Part shown: piece after piece, positions 19,119 to 28,941 of the stretch
How the letters are laid out: each line of letters begins with the position of its first letter
How positions within the stretch are numbered: position 1 is the first letter of the stretch
Assembly (NCBI GenBank): GCA_038747705.1
Contig: JBCDJP010000002.1
Location: 73,395 to 137,394 of the forward strand
From: Verrucomicrobiota bacterium
GTDB taxonomy: Bacteria; Verrucomicrobiota; Verrucomicrobiia; Verrucomicrobiales; Akkermansiaceae
DNA length: 64,000 bases
Direction of reading: 5' to 3'
Position numbers and translations under genes: made by a program
Notes under the pieces: generated by a model
Databases searched by the model: none
Told to the model about the DNA's origin: nothing
The model's input: the letters and a program-made list of their open reading frames with translations, nothing else

Positions 19119-20291
19119 TCAGGCGTGGCGTTCGAGCATGTCCTGAGCGAGCAGGTTCCAGCCGATGAATCCACCCTCGACGAAGCGTGGGGCCTGATCA
19201 GCAGCGGGTGCGAGGGGTTTGCCGGTCTCCCCGCAGTAGTTCTCGTGCATCGAGCCGATCGCATCGAGATCGTCGAGCAGCAGCCTGGCCACCCGCTCCG
19301 CAAGATCGCGGGCCTCGTCTTCGAAGCCGTAGCGCATCAGGCCCTCGTGGTAGAACCAGTTGGCGATCGGCCAGACTGGTCCGCACCAGTTGGAGTAGGG
19401 GATGATGATGTTGGCATTGTTGTAGGCGCGATCCTGGCGGGAAAGGCTGCGCGCGCCCCAGGGAGTCATCAGGTGGGCATCATTAAGCAGATGGCCGCGG
19501 ATCATCGAGTCCGCCTGGTCCTGGCCCGCCAATCCGGCCCAAAGGGGAACGAAGTTCGAATAACTGATGCAGTGAACGAAGGCACCGGTGTCGCGACGGC
19601 GGTTGTCGTAGCTGCCCAGGGTGTCGTTCCATAGATACTGGTTGATCGCATCGCGCAGGCGTTCTGCCTCGCCGGTGAAGCGTTCGGCCTCGTCGTTTTT
19701 GCCAAGGCCATCAGCGATGGCGGAGAGCGCCTGATACTCCTCGAACTGAAAGGCATTGATGTCGCAGGAAAGGAAGAGGGTCCGGGTCTCAGGAAGATTG
19801 CTATCGGCGGCGTTGTTGTCGGCGCCCGACTGCATGGCGTCGTTCCAGTAGAAGAGTCCGGTTTCTGCGTCCCGGTTGCTCTCTTCGCGCCGAAGGACGA
19901 TTTGCCGGATTGTGTCGTAGTCGTCGGCGAGCCAGTCAAAGCCTTCCGTGCTGCCTTGGAGCGCAGCCTGGGCCATGAAGGGTTTGAGTGAGAAGTCCCG
20001 TCGGTCGGTTTCGGGTCGCCGGGTGGTGATGCATCCCGGAGTGTATCCGACTTCGTGGTGGGCGGAGACGAAGTTCAGAACCCAGTAGCGGAAATACTCC
20101 GGTTTCGGATCCACGGGCCGCTTGGCGAGGTGGAGGCAGATGAAGAAGCCATCCCAGTCCCACAGCTGGTCGTAGAAGCCGGAAGGTACCCCGTAGGGAT
20201 GCTTGATGAAGCCTCCGGGTTCAGGTTCGCAGAGTGTCTTCGGACGCAGTTGGTCGAAGTGGCTGGAGATCCTCTCGAGAAGGTTGTTCAT
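19119..20291 (-). CDS. Trehalase-like (alpha/alpha)6 glycoside hydrolase (GH37/GH63-like)
   Basis: QLWDWDGFF, SGADN, WCGPVWPIANW, MHENY. Confidence 0.75.
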   Translation of the reverse strand: MNNLLERISSHFDQLRPKTLCEPEPGGFIKHPYGVPSGFYDQLWDWDGFFICLHLAKRPVDPKPEYFRYWVLNFVSAHHEVGYTPGCITTRRPETDRRDFSLKPFMAQAALQGSTEGFDWLADDYDTIRQIVLRREESNRDAETGLFYWNDAMQSGADNNAADSNLPETRTLFLSCDINAFQFEEYQALSAIADGLGKNDEAERFTGEAERLRDAINQYLWNDTLGSYDNRRRDTGAFVHCISYSNFVPLWAGLAGQDQADSMIRGHLLNDAHLMTPWGARSLSRQDRAYNNANIIIPYSNWCGPVWPIANWFYHEGLMRYGFEDEARDLAERVARLLLDDLDAIGSMHENYCGETGKPLAPAADQAPRFVEGGFIGWNLLAQDMLERHA

Positions 20292-20479
20292 CGCTTGGGT
20301 TCGACGAGCTCGGCGCCCTTGATCAGGCGGCAGAATTCCTTCTTGGTGACCTCTTTCAGCGTGCCGTCCCCGCTTTCAGGATCGCTCATCGCCTTGTATT
20401 CGATGGCGAGACGGGCCCATTGAACGATGCGGTAATACTCATCGCCCTTTTTCCACAGCTGGCCTTGCTCGAGCTTCAT
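20288..20479 (-). CDS. Small hypothetical protein
   Basis: 63-aa ORF whose stop overlaps the start of the downstream hydrolase (4-bp overlap). Confidence 0.7.
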   Translation of the reverse strand: MKLEQGQLWKKGDEYYRIVQWARLAIEYKAMSDPESGDGTLKEVTKKEFCRLIKGAELVEPKR

Positions 20480-20640
20480 GCCTTAAGTCGAAGCGAATCA
20501 CAGCATCTCCGGCGTGGCGCGCGGAGTCGAACTGGGGTCGATGGTCGCAATCGGTCCCTGAGGGGGACCCGGCAGGCACCGAGTTCGCCCGGAGGGGGCG
20601 AACCGGCGGCAAGCCGGGGATGAATTTCAAGGGCCATCGA

Positions 20641-21075
20641 CTAGGCCAGCTCCGCTTTGTGGAACTCGTCCCAGTCGTCGAGGTTGTTCAGGTTGACCGC
20701 GTCGCGGGGTTCACCATCGGGAAGTCCGGCCGCGCTCAGGATCGACTGGCGGGTGGCGTCGTCGTGGATGTAGCCGGTGATGGCGGCATTCAGTTCGCCA
20801 ATCGCGGCCTCGTTGACCTTGCTGCCGTTCTCGGAAACCCACTTCTCACACTGGATGTAGCTGGGCTTGTCGGAGGCGATGAAAGCGAGGAAGGCATCGC
20901 GGTCCACGCCGATGCCGTCGAGCACCATCTGGTCGTAGCCTTGACCACAACCGGGGTAGCCATCGGCGAGTTTACCGGCGGCCTCGAGCGAGGCTTTTTG
21001 CCAAAGTCGGGGAAGGTGAAGGACACCAAGGGGACCGGCCACGCCGGAACTGATAAGTGGGACAATTTTGCTCAT
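20641..21075 (-). CDS. DUF5069-like hypothetical protein
   Basis: GVLHLPRLWQK, G..YDQMVLD.IG, NLDDWDE; start set at MSKIVPLISS. Confidence 0.7.
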   Translation of the reverse strand: MSKIVPLISSGVAGPLGVLHLPRLWQKASLEAAGKLADGYPGCGQGYDQMVLDGIGVDRDAFLAFIASDKPSYIQCEKWVSENGSKVNEAAIGELNAAITGYIHDDATRQSILSAAGLPDGEPRDAVNLNNLDDWDEFHKAELA

Positions 21076-21175
21076 AGCGAAGGCATTATCTAGTGGCCTC
21101 CCGCCAGATTGCAATCGCTCTTTGAGTCGGTATACAATCCTTGAACAGCTTGGGTGATCGTGAAGTTGAGGAAGC

Positions 21176-21973
21176 TCAGGCTTCGATGTCCTCCGGGAGG
21201 CATTCGACGCAGTATTCGGTGCCGTCGGCCATGGTCCGAAACTCGATATCCGGGTCGTCGTGTTCGGTCTTGTTGCAGACGGCACAGCGATGGAAGGCCG
21301 AGTGTTCCGGGAGCTGGGACAGGGTGAACTCCTGGCGTCGCTTGGCCGCCTTGGCGAGGGCGGCCTGCCCGCGGAGCTCGGCTGGCAGCACCCAGAGGGC
21401 GTAGGGAATCAGTGTCGGAATCACCACGCAGAGCATCACTGGTGACAGGAGCCCGGAGAGGATCATCAGGGCAAGGGTCAGCCAACCAAGGTAGCGGACC
21501 TTAACCGGCAGGATGAAGAACAAGCGGAACTCGTAGTTCGGGAAGTAGGTGGCGAAGGCGAGGAACATCGAGCTGTAGATGTAGCGGCCCGCCGGCAGGG
21601 TGCCGGGATCGAAGAGGAACATGCCGATGGTGAGTCCGACGATTGCGGTCAGCAGATAGAGGGTGGTCCGCGTCGGGCCCCAGACTTCCTCCAGCGAGTC
21701 ATTGATCAGGAAGGCGATCATCACGGCGAAGAACAGGAACAGGACGCCGAAAATGGAAATCGAGAAGGTGCCGGCCGGAGCGAAGGCAAAGCTGATGATC
21801 CGCCAGACTTCGCCGGAGAGGATCTTGTCCCGGTCGAAGGCGATGCGTTCGACCACCGTGGGATCGATCCACTGCCAGGCGAAGATGACGACGCCCAGCA
21901 TGGTCAGGTACTTGAAGAGCCCGGGGAAGGCGACCCATTGGAGCCGGTTCTCGAGCGAATTCAGCCAGCGCAT
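21176..21973 (-). CDS. Rhomboid-like membrane protein with a C-terminal CxxC...CxxC zinc-ribbon-like tail
   Basis: GEVWRIISFAF, multiple TM segments, HRCAVC...YCVEC; no GxSG catalytic motif seen. Confidence 0.65.
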   Translation of the reverse strand: MRWLNSLENRLQWVAFPGLFKYLTMLGVVIFAWQWIDPTVVERIAFDRDKILSGEVWRIISFAFAPAGTFSISIFGVLFLFFAVMIAFLINDSLEEVWGPTRTTLYLLTAIVGLTIGMFLFDPGTLPAGRYIYSSMFLAFATYFPNYEFRLFFILPVKVRYLGWLTLALMILSGLLSPVMLCVVIPTLIPYALWVLPAELRGQAALAKAAKRRQEFTLSQLPEHSAFHRCAVCNKTEHDDPDIEFRTMADGTEYCVECLPEDIEA

Positions 21974-22052
21974 GGAGGTAGCAATGGCGAGATCTGGGGC
22001 CGGGCCAAGGATTAATCACTGGGCAGCGTCGATCGGAGCCCTACAAGGAGGC

Positions 22053-22799
22053 ATGGCCGAGGCACCGCGATTCGAGGAACTGGACTTTCGCCAGACGCCG
22101 CTCGGCGAGCTGATCCTGCGTCGGCGGCGTTTTCCCTCGCTCGACAATCGCGAGGTCTACGAAGTGATCCTCGGCGATGCCTACCTGATGTCGAGCCTGT
22201 TCACCGAGGTCGAGCAGGCCTTGTCCCGGCTCGGATTGGCCGCGGTTCGGGAGCGTTTCGATGGCCCGCTCGATGTGGTCGTGGGCGGGCTGGGTCTCGG
22301 CTACACCGCGCGGGCGGCACTCGAGCTGCCTGAGGTCGCATCGCTGCTGGTGGTCGATTACCTCGAACCGGTGATCGAATGGCACGAGCAGGGCATGGTA
22401 CCACTGGGCCCCGGGCTCAGGGATGACCCTCGTTGCCGCTTTGTTCACGGTGACTTCTTCGAACTCTCGCTGGCCGACGATGCCGGTTTCGACCCGGAGG
22501 ATTCCGGGCGTCGCTTCCATGCGGTCCTGCTCGACATCGACCACTCGCCGGCCAACCTCCTGCACAAGCGGCACGCGGAGTTCTATGCGGTCTCCGGCTT
22601 GAAGAAGTTCGAGCAAAGGCTGCTACCGGGAGGGGTGTTCGGTTTGTGGTCGGATGACCCGCCGGAAACTTCCTTCGTGGCAGCATTGGAAGAGGTCTTC
22701 GAGAGTTGCGAGTCGCATGTGGTGACCTTTGAGAATCCCCATCTCGGTGAGCCGTCGGAAAGCACGGTTTACCTGGCCCGGAAAGGCGGGGAGTCCTGA
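22053..22799 (+). CDS. Spermidine-synthase-like SAM-dependent methyltransferase
   Basis: VGGLGLGYT, LLDIDHSP; AAGGAG ribosome-binding site before ATG 22053. Confidence 0.8.
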   Translation: MAEAPRFEELDFRQTPLGELILRRRRFPSLDNREVYEVILGDAYLMSSLFTEVEQALSRLGLAAVRERFDGPLDVVVGGLGLGYTARAALELPEVASLLVVDYLEPVIEWHEQGMVPLGPGLRDDPRCRFVHGDFFELSLADDAGFDPEDSGRRFHAVLLDIDHSPANLLHKRHAEFYAVSGLKKFEQRLLPGGVFGLWSDDPPETSFVAALEEVFESCESHVVTFENPHLGEPSESTVYLARKGGES

Positions 22800-22811
22800 A
22801 AAGGGTCGGGC

Positions 22812-23042
22812 ACCAGGGCGATCAAGTTGAGGATTTCGATTGGGAGGAAACCGCAGATTACGCCGATTGACGCAGATGAATTCATCCTGATCCTCTTGAC
22901 TCGGGGTGCTTGTTGGCCCGGTCGTCGATGGTGATGAGTCAAAACTGGTTGTTCGCACGACAATCTGAGTTCATCTGCGTAACCAGCGGCCTCATCTTTC
23001 AACGTTTTGGGAAGAAGGACTCCTCAATTTGATCGCCCTGGT
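22812..23042. repeat. 231-bp nested inverted-repeat element (MITE/REPIN-like)
   Basis: 22-bp terminal IR with 1 mismatch (22812-33 / 23021-42), inner arms 22851-80 / 22970-89, innermost TTGACTC/GAGTCAA. Confidence 0.75.
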
Positions 23043-23110
23043 CGGAAACGGGAAGATTTTGCTAACGATCCGATGGGTTTTGGTTCATAAGGGGAGGACC
23101 CTTGATTCCG

Positions 23111-24028
23111 ATGAAAACCCTAACACTTCTTTGTGCCTCCGCATTGTTGTTGGTGCCCCTTGAGGCGCGTACCTGGACTTCGACCGACGGTCGTGAGCTT
23201 GAAGCCGAGTTTGTTTCCGCCACCGAAACCCACGTGAAGGTGAAGCGGGATGTCGACGGCAAGGAGCTGACGATTCCGCTGACGGGTATTTCGGAAGAGG
23301 ATCGCGAATGGGTCGAAGAGAAACTGGCTGAAGAACCGGAGCCGGAGGAGAAGCAGGCGGTCGAGGGAGAGTATGCGGGTTTGATCACGGGGGAGTGGGA
23401 GCTCGCCGAGCATGGCAAGCTGCCCTATGCGTTTTATGGATCCAAAGAGCTCGATGGCGGCAGCAAGTACCCGCTGGTGGTGTCGCTGCACGGCAAGAGC
23501 GACAATAACGAGAATGGCAAGCAGATCGGATTCGCCCGGAAGTTCTCGCAAGCGAGTAACTACAAGGAGCGACCCTGCCTGATTCTGGCGCCGCTCTGCT
23601 ATCAGCCGCATGGGGGGACGGGTGGCGGATGGGACGATGCACCGGGCGAGGAGACACTCGACTTGATCAAGGAACTGCTGAAGGAGTTGCCGATCGTCGA
23701 TCCCGACCGGGTTTACGTGATCGGTTACTCGATGGGTGGCTTCGGCACCTGGCATTTTCTCAAGGAGGAACCCAAGATGTTTGCTGCTGGCGTGCCGATC
23801 GCGGGCTACGGGCATGGCGTCGGCAAGCTCCGTTCGATGCCGATCTGGTCGTTTCACGGGGCCAAGGACAAGGTGGTGAAGGTCGATGGCTCCCGCGCCT
23901 GCGCCGAAGAGCTGAAGCGCTCCAAGGTCTTCAAATACACCGAATACGAGGACGAGGGACACAACATCGCTGGCAGCGTTACCAGCAATCCCGAGCTGCA
24001 CGAGTGGCTCTTCGAGCAAAGCCGTTGA
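23111..24028 (+). CDS. Secreted alpha/beta-hydrolase (esterase/peptidase-like) with an N-terminal SHD1-like domain
   Basis: Signal peptide, ARTWTSTDGRELEAEFV, VVSLHG, GYSMGG, FHGAKD, GHN. Confidence 0.82.
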   Translation: MKTLTLLCASALLLVPLEARTWTSTDGRELEAEFVSATETHVKVKRDVDGKELTIPLTGISEEDREWVEEKLAEEPEPEEKQAVEGEYAGLITGEWELAEHGKLPYAFYGSKELDGGSKYPLVVSLHGKSDNNENGKQIGFARKFSQASNYKERPCLILAPLCYQPHGGTGGGWDDAPGEETLDLIKELLKELPIVDPDRVYVIGYSMGGFGTWHFLKEEPKMFAAGVPIAGYGHGVGKLRSMPIWSFHGAKDKVVKVDGSRACAEELKRSKVFKYTEYEDEGHNIAGSVTSNPELHEWLFEQSR

Positions 24029-24103
24029 AGGCCCGGGGCGCCCTGCTTTAAATGCTAGAAAAACAGCATTTAGGTTGACGGGCTGGGCATTTCGTGGTGT
24101 TCT

Positions 24104-24547
24104 GTGTGCATGACGAAGCGCCTCCCGATGCTGAGCCGGTCTATTTTCCTTCTCGGAATCACTGCCACTGCCTTCACGACCTCCTCGTGTTATTGGCTTT
24201 ATCCTTATCAGGAACCGGTGGCGCCGCCGCCGAATGGGCCAACGCAGCCCCAGACTTTGGACCAGCTCAAGGAGCAGCAGCGGGAGGAACAGGAGAGTGC
24301 CCTGGAGGAAGGTGAGCGGATCCAGGAGGACATCGGCGATCCCGAGCCCGAGCCCGAACCTCTTCCGGCACCCAAGCCGGCCGAGCGTTCATCGATTCCG
24401 GTCGCGAAGGCGGTCCCGGGACGCGAGGGATTCGTCTTCAGCCCCTTCAACAACAAGATGATCGACGTGAAGGGCTTCCCGAGCGGCACGACCGTGGCGG
24501 ACCCGAGCTATCCGAAGGAAGCGAAGAAGTATTTCAAGGTGCCTTGA
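24104..24547 (+). CDS. Hypothetical lipoprotein
   Basis: TTSSC lipobox-like motif, Pro/Glu-rich linker, GFVFSPF..IDVKG.PSGT..ADP tail. Confidence 0.7.
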   Translation: MCMTKRLPMLSRSIFLLGITATAFTTSSCYWLYPYQEPVAPPPNGPTQPQTLDQLKEQQREEQESALEEGERIQEDIGDPEPEPEPLPAPKPAERSSIPVAKAVPGREGFVFSPFNNKMIDVKGFPSGTTVADPSYPKEAKKYFKVP

Positions 24548-24577
24548 GCGGGGAACGCTTGGAAGACTCTCAATAGA

Positions 24578-24609
24578 AAGGCCCCGCCCGGAGATCCGGG
24601 CGGGGCCTT
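24578..24609. terminator. Bidirectional terminator-like hairpin
   Basis: Perfect 14-bp stem AAGGCCCCGCCCGG-AGAT-CCGGGCGGGGCCTT between convergent genes. Confidence 0.75.
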
Positions 24610-24623
24610 GTTCGTTCCTGGGA

Positions 24624-26543
24624 TTACCAGAAGAGGATGTAGAGGCAGATCGTTGCGATAACCACGACGAAGCCCATGGTGCGGGCGCCTTTCGAGGTGG
24701 TGAGTTCGATCTTGTCGTTGACCGGCATTTCGACCGGTTCGTGCATCGGTTTGATCAGGGTGATGATGACGCCAAGGGTCAGGACGGCTCCGAGCGTGAT
24801 CGCCATGCGGTTGAGGAAGGCGATGTCACTGGCCCACAGTAGCATGCCACCATAGATGCAGATGCTCAGGGCGATGCCGAGCCAGCCGAAGAAGCGGGGA
24901 GTCCGCGGTGAGAAAAAGCCGAAGATGAACACCCCGATCAGGCCGGGCGAGATGAAGCCTTGGAATTCCTGAATGAATTTGAAGATGCTTTCGAAGTTGT
25001 CGAGGCTCGGCGCAACGAAAGCGGCGATCAGGACGAAGATCACGACGAAGACTCGCCCGACTTTCACCAGTGTCGGTGGATCACTGATCCCGGAGAATTT
25101 CGAGAAGAGATCCATGGTCGCGATGGTCGAGGCAGAGTTGAGCATCGAGGCGAGCGACGAGATCACGGCACCTGAGAGTGCCGCGAGCACGAACCATGAG
25201 ATCAGTGGGTGGGGTTTGATCAGATTGCGGACCAGCACGGGGAAGGCCGAATCGTAGTCGTAGGAACGGATCTCGGTGAGTTTGCTGCCGTTCTCAACCG
25301 CCTTCTCAGCGAAGAGGTTGATCCGGCTTCCGAGGTCGTCGGCTTCGACGGCCGCATCGGCTCCTGCCGCAGCGCGGTTGATTTCAAGCACCTTGGCTGC
25401 GAGTTCGGGTTGCAGCTTGGTGAAGTCGGGATCGACCGAGAAGACCTCGCCTTCGACGGCCTTCTCCACGGCGGCGACGTTCTTGTCGGACGCCGAGTTG
25501 TGCAGGTCCTTCGAGAAAAGATTGAAGGCGAGGATGCCGGGGATGACGACGATGAAGGGTACGATCAGCTTGAGTCCCGCGGCAAAGACGATGCCTTTCT
25601 GGCCTTCGGCGAGGGATTTGGAACCCAGGGTTCGCTGCACGATGTACTGGTTGAGGCCCCAGTAGAAGAAGTTCGGAATCCAGAGGCCGATCAGAAGGGC
25701 GGTCCAGGGGATGTCGGAGTCCTCCTTCGGGCGGACCATGTGCATCTTGCCGCCGGAGAGGTTCGGGCCGTTGCGGGCCTCCGCCTCGCCGTCGACCCCG
25801 TCATTGAGCAGCTTGAGGCGCTCCCAGGCGCCGGCATTTTCGAGATCGGCGACGGTGGCATTGGAGTTCTGGACCTTGGTCAGGATCAGCTCCTCGGCCG
25901 GTCGGTCGGTGAGGGTGTTGAAGGCGAAGACCATGACAATCGCACCACCGACGATCAGGGCGGCACCCCAGATCAGGTCGGTCCAGGCACAGGCTTTGAG
26001 GCCGCCTACGAAGACGTAAACGGCTGCAATGATGGCGATTGCCCAGCACATCGCCGTGAGACTGCTGATCACCGGGACGGTGTTGTAGTATTCCGAGACG
26101 AATTTGGCGCCCGAGTAGATGACGGTGGCGGTATTGACGAGCACCAGCGTCACGACGGCGGGGATGGCCATGGTCAGGCGGGCGACGCTGCCGAAGCGGT
26201 ATTGGAGGAACTCGGGAATGGTGTAGAGGCCGGCCTTGAGGAACTTGGGCAGGAACCAGAAGGCGACGACGACCAGGGTGATCGCGGCCAGCCATTCGTA
26301 GGAGGCGATGGCCATGCCGAGCCAGTTGGCAGCCGAGCCCGACATGCCGACGAATTGCTCGGTCGAGATGTTGGCAGCGATGAGGGAGAAACCGACCAAC
26401 CACCAAGTAAGGCCACGGCCTGCGAGGAAGTAGTCTTCGGCACCTCCCTCACCGCTGGTGTCTTCGCCGCGACTTTTCCAAATGCCGAGTCCGACCACGC
26501 CGACGACGGCAACGATGAATAGAATGACTTCGAGGTAATTCAT
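24624..26543 (-). CDS. Sodium:solute symporter (SSS family, probably a sugar transporter)
   Basis: YFLAGRGL, SLIAANISTEQFVGMSG, NQYIVQRTLG, SSLASMLNSASTI; downstream of galM. Confidence 0.93.
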   Translation of the reverse strand: MNYLEVILFIVAVVGVVGLGIWKSRGEDTSGEGGAEDYFLAGRGLTWWLVGFSLIAANISTEQFVGMSGSAANWLGMAIASYEWLAAITLVVVAFWFLPKFLKAGLYTIPEFLQYRFGSVARLTMAIPAVVTLVLVNTATVIYSGAKFVSEYYNTVPVISSLTAMCWAIAIIAAVYVFVGGLKACAWTDLIWGAALIVGGAIVMVFAFNTLTDRPAEELILTKVQNSNATVADLENAGAWERLKLLNDGVDGEAEARNGPNLSGGKMHMVRPKEDSDIPWTALLIGLWIPNFFYWGLNQYIVQRTLGSKSLAEGQKGIVFAAGLKLIVPFIVVIPGILAFNLFSKDLHNSASDKNVAAVEKAVEGEVFSVDPDFTKLQPELAAKVLEINRAAAGADAAVEADDLGSRINLFAEKAVENGSKLTEIRSYDYDSAFPVLVRNLIKPHPLISWFVLAALSGAVISSLASMLNSASTIATMDLFSKFSGISDPPTLVKVGRVFVVIFVLIAAFVAPSLDNFESIFKFIQEFQGFISPGLIGVFIFGFFSPRTPRFFGWLGIALSICIYGGMLLWASDIAFLNRMAITLGAVLTLGVIITLIKPMHEPVEMPVNDKIELTTSKGARTMGFVVVIATICLYILFW

Positions 26544-26675
26544 GGGTTCTGGTGTTTTGAAGTGGTGCGGGGTGAGTGATTCAAAGGGAGCTTCCTCCGC
26601 ATCGGCAAGAATGGAGTGTGACGTCGTCGGGACCCCGGAAGGCGGGTGAGCTCAAGGGAAATGTCGGTTCCCGGG

Positions 26676-27791
26676 CTAAAGCGAAGAGAAACGATAGATG
26701 ATGACGTGCCGGTAAGTGTCATCCGGTTTCAGGACCGGACTTGGAAAGTTCGGCTGGTTCGGTGCGTCGGGAAAATTCTCGGTTTCGAGGCAGCAGGCGC
26801 TTCGTTTACCGTATTGCCGCCCTCGCTTGGCGGGCGGGTTGTCCCCGGCGAAGTCGCTTTCGTCGACCCAGTTGGCGGTGTAGAACTGGACGGCTGGCTG
26901 GTTGGTCGAAACCTCCAACACGCGGCCGCTCTTTGGGTCGGTGAGGCGTGCTGAGTTGGTCATCCCGTTCTCACGTGGCCCGGAGAGGACGTAGCAGTGA
27001 TCGTAGCCGCGGCCCAGGACCAGCGCCTCGAAGTCCTCCTCAATCCGCGCGCCAATCGAACAAGGCGTGGTGAAGTCCATCGGCGTGCCGGCAACGGGTG
27101 CGAGTTCGCCCGTCGGGATCATGCCGGCATTGGTCGGGATGAAATGATCGGCGTGCAGCTGCAGTTCGTGGTCGGTGATCGGGATTGAGGGATCTCCCGA
27201 GAGGTTCCAGTAGCTGTGTTGGACCAGATTGATGATGGTTGTGGCGTCGGTGGTGGCGATGGCTTCCCAGATCAGTTCGGAGTCATCGGTCAAGGTGTAG
27301 GTGACCTTGACCGTGAGGTTTCCGGGATAGCCTTCCTCGCCGTCGCGTGAGTGGTAGGTGAAGCAGATCGAACGGCCGTCGAGGCCGGGCTCCGCGTCCC
27401 ACAGGACATGACTGAAGCCTTTTTCGCCGCCGTGGAGGTGACAGGGGATGCCACCGGGGTCGTTGTTCCGGGCCAGGGTGTAGTCTTTTCCCTCGAGCGC
27501 GAAACGGCCGTTGGCGATGCGATTGCCGAAGCGTCCGACTGTGGCGCCAAAGTACGGATTGCGGGGGCTTTCGTAGCCGGAAACGGAATCGTAGCCGAGC
27601 ACCAGGTCGTCGACCTTACCATCGCGGTCGGGTGCCTCCAGCGCGACCAGTGTCGCCCCGAAATTGGTCACCCGAGCGGTCAGCCCGCTGGGGTGACTGA
27701 GGGTATAGAGTTTGGCAGATCGACCGTCGGCGAGGGTGCCGAAGTCATCGACTTGCATGGTGGTGGGAGCGGGGCTGGCGCTTTCGTGCAT
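26676..27791 (-). CDS. galM: Aldose 1-epimerase (galactose mutarotase)
   Basis: YFGATVGRFGNRIANG, HLHGG, EEGYPG, HSYWNL, GYDH, CLETENFPDAPN. Confidence 0.95.
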   Translation of the reverse strand: MHESASPAPTTMQVDDFGTLADGRSAKLYTLSHPSGLTARVTNFGATLVALEAPDRDGKVDDLVLGYDSVSGYESPRNPYFGATVGRFGNRIANGRFALEGKDYTLARNNDPGGIPCHLHGGEKGFSHVLWDAEPGLDGRSICFTYHSRDGEEGYPGNLTVKVTYTLTDDSELIWEAIATTDATTIINLVQHSYWNLSGDPSIPITDHELQLHADHFIPTNAGMIPTGELAPVAGTPMDFTTPCSIGARIEEDFEALVLGRGYDHCYVLSGPRENGMTNSARLTDPKSGRVLEVSTNQPAVQFYTANWVDESDFAGDNPPAKRGRQYGKRSACCLETENFPDAPNQPNFPSPVLKPDDTYRHVIIYRFSSL

Positions 27792-27904
27792 CTGGGATGA
27801 TCCATTACGAACGATTCGCAGATCCGTTACGAGAAATTTTCCTGACCTGAAAATGGAACGAGAATCCGCTTTCTCCGGGCATCGACGCGTGGTTCAAGGG
27901 GGCG

Positions 27905-28342
27905 ATGAGTGGAGGCATTGAGATCAAAAAGGACCCGAAAGGCTGGTTGGAGGCGGTTTTGGAGGCGATGAGTTGTCAGACAGGTACGTTGCATCGGGCC
28001 GATGGCGATTGGCTTGATCTGGTGGTCGCGATCGGGGTGCCGGAGACCTTGTTGCCGGTGGTCACCCGGATTCCCTTCGGCAAGGGGATTGCCGGAGCGG
28101 CGGCGGCAAGCAAGGAACCCGTGGAGTTGTGCAACCTGCAGAAGGACCTTGGTGGAGTGGCGAAGGAAGGCGCGCGTGAGACCAAGGTGTCGGGATCGCT
28201 GGCGGTGCCGATCTTTTCGTCTGATGGTGGCAAGGTGATCGGCACGCTTGGTGTGGGAATGCATGCGCCCCATGATTTTACGGAGGACGAGAAGGCCGGG
28301 GTCGGGAAGTTTGCCGAGGAAGTCGCCGCTGCTTGGGAGTAG
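27905..28342 (+). CDS. Stand-alone GAF domain protein
   Basis: IPFGKGIAG.AA, SLAVPI, VIGTLGV. Confidence 0.8.
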   Translation: MSGGIEIKKDPKGWLEAVLEAMSCQTGTLHRADGDWLDLVVAIGVPETLLPVVTRIPFGKGIAGAAAASKEPVELCNLQKDLGGVAKEGARETKVSGSLAVPIFSSDGGKVIGTLGVGMHAPHDFTEDEKAGVGKFAEEVAAAWE

Positions 28343-28476
28343 TTCCTTCGCCGGGTGAAGTCCGGAATGCCAAGCATCTTCAAGCGCGCGGGTTGTTGAT
28401 GCGGTGGCTTTTCGGAGTGCTGACACGGCTGTCATCATGCGATTGACCGATTTCCCGTGCCTGTTAGCCTGACAGA

Positions 28477-28941
28477 ATGAAAGCACCGGAAGCGGCCAGG
28501 AAAATCCTCGATACGCTGCTCGGTCATCTCGGATTCGTGGTCAACATCGAGATTCAGGAAACCGAAGACGGTACCTGTCTTCAAATCCTCACGACCGAGA
28601 GTCGTTATCTGATCGGCAAGGATGGGGAGCGGCTCGACGACCTGCAGTATCTGGTCAACCGCGTGTTGCGGAAACACTTCCCCAAGGCGCAGCGCATGCG
28701 GGTCGATTGCGAGCACTACCGGGCGATTCAGGAGGACAATCTGGCGGAAGAGGTGCTCGGTTTGGCCGAGCGGGTGAAGGCCTCCGGCAAGCAATTCAAG
28801 ATGCGGCCGCTGAATGCCTATTATCGTCGCCTGGTCCACAATGCCCTGGTCGGGCATGAGGATGTGGAGAGTGTCTCGCCCAAGGGTGATGAGCGTCTCA
28901 AGCAGATCACGCTTCGGCTGAAGAAGGCCAACGAATCATGA
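28477..28941 (+). CDS. Jag/EloR-like KH + R3H nucleic-acid-binding protein
   Basis: LIGKDGERLDDLQYLVN (KH), MRPLNAYYRRLVHNAL (R3H). Confidence 0.88.
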   Translation: MKAPEAARKILDTLLGHLGFVVNIEIQETEDGTCLQILTTESRYLIGKDGERLDDLQYLVNRVLRKHFPKAQRMRVDCEHYRAIQEDNLAEEVLGLAERVKASGKQFKMRPLNAYYRRLVHNALVGHEDVESVSPKGDERLKQITLRLKKANES

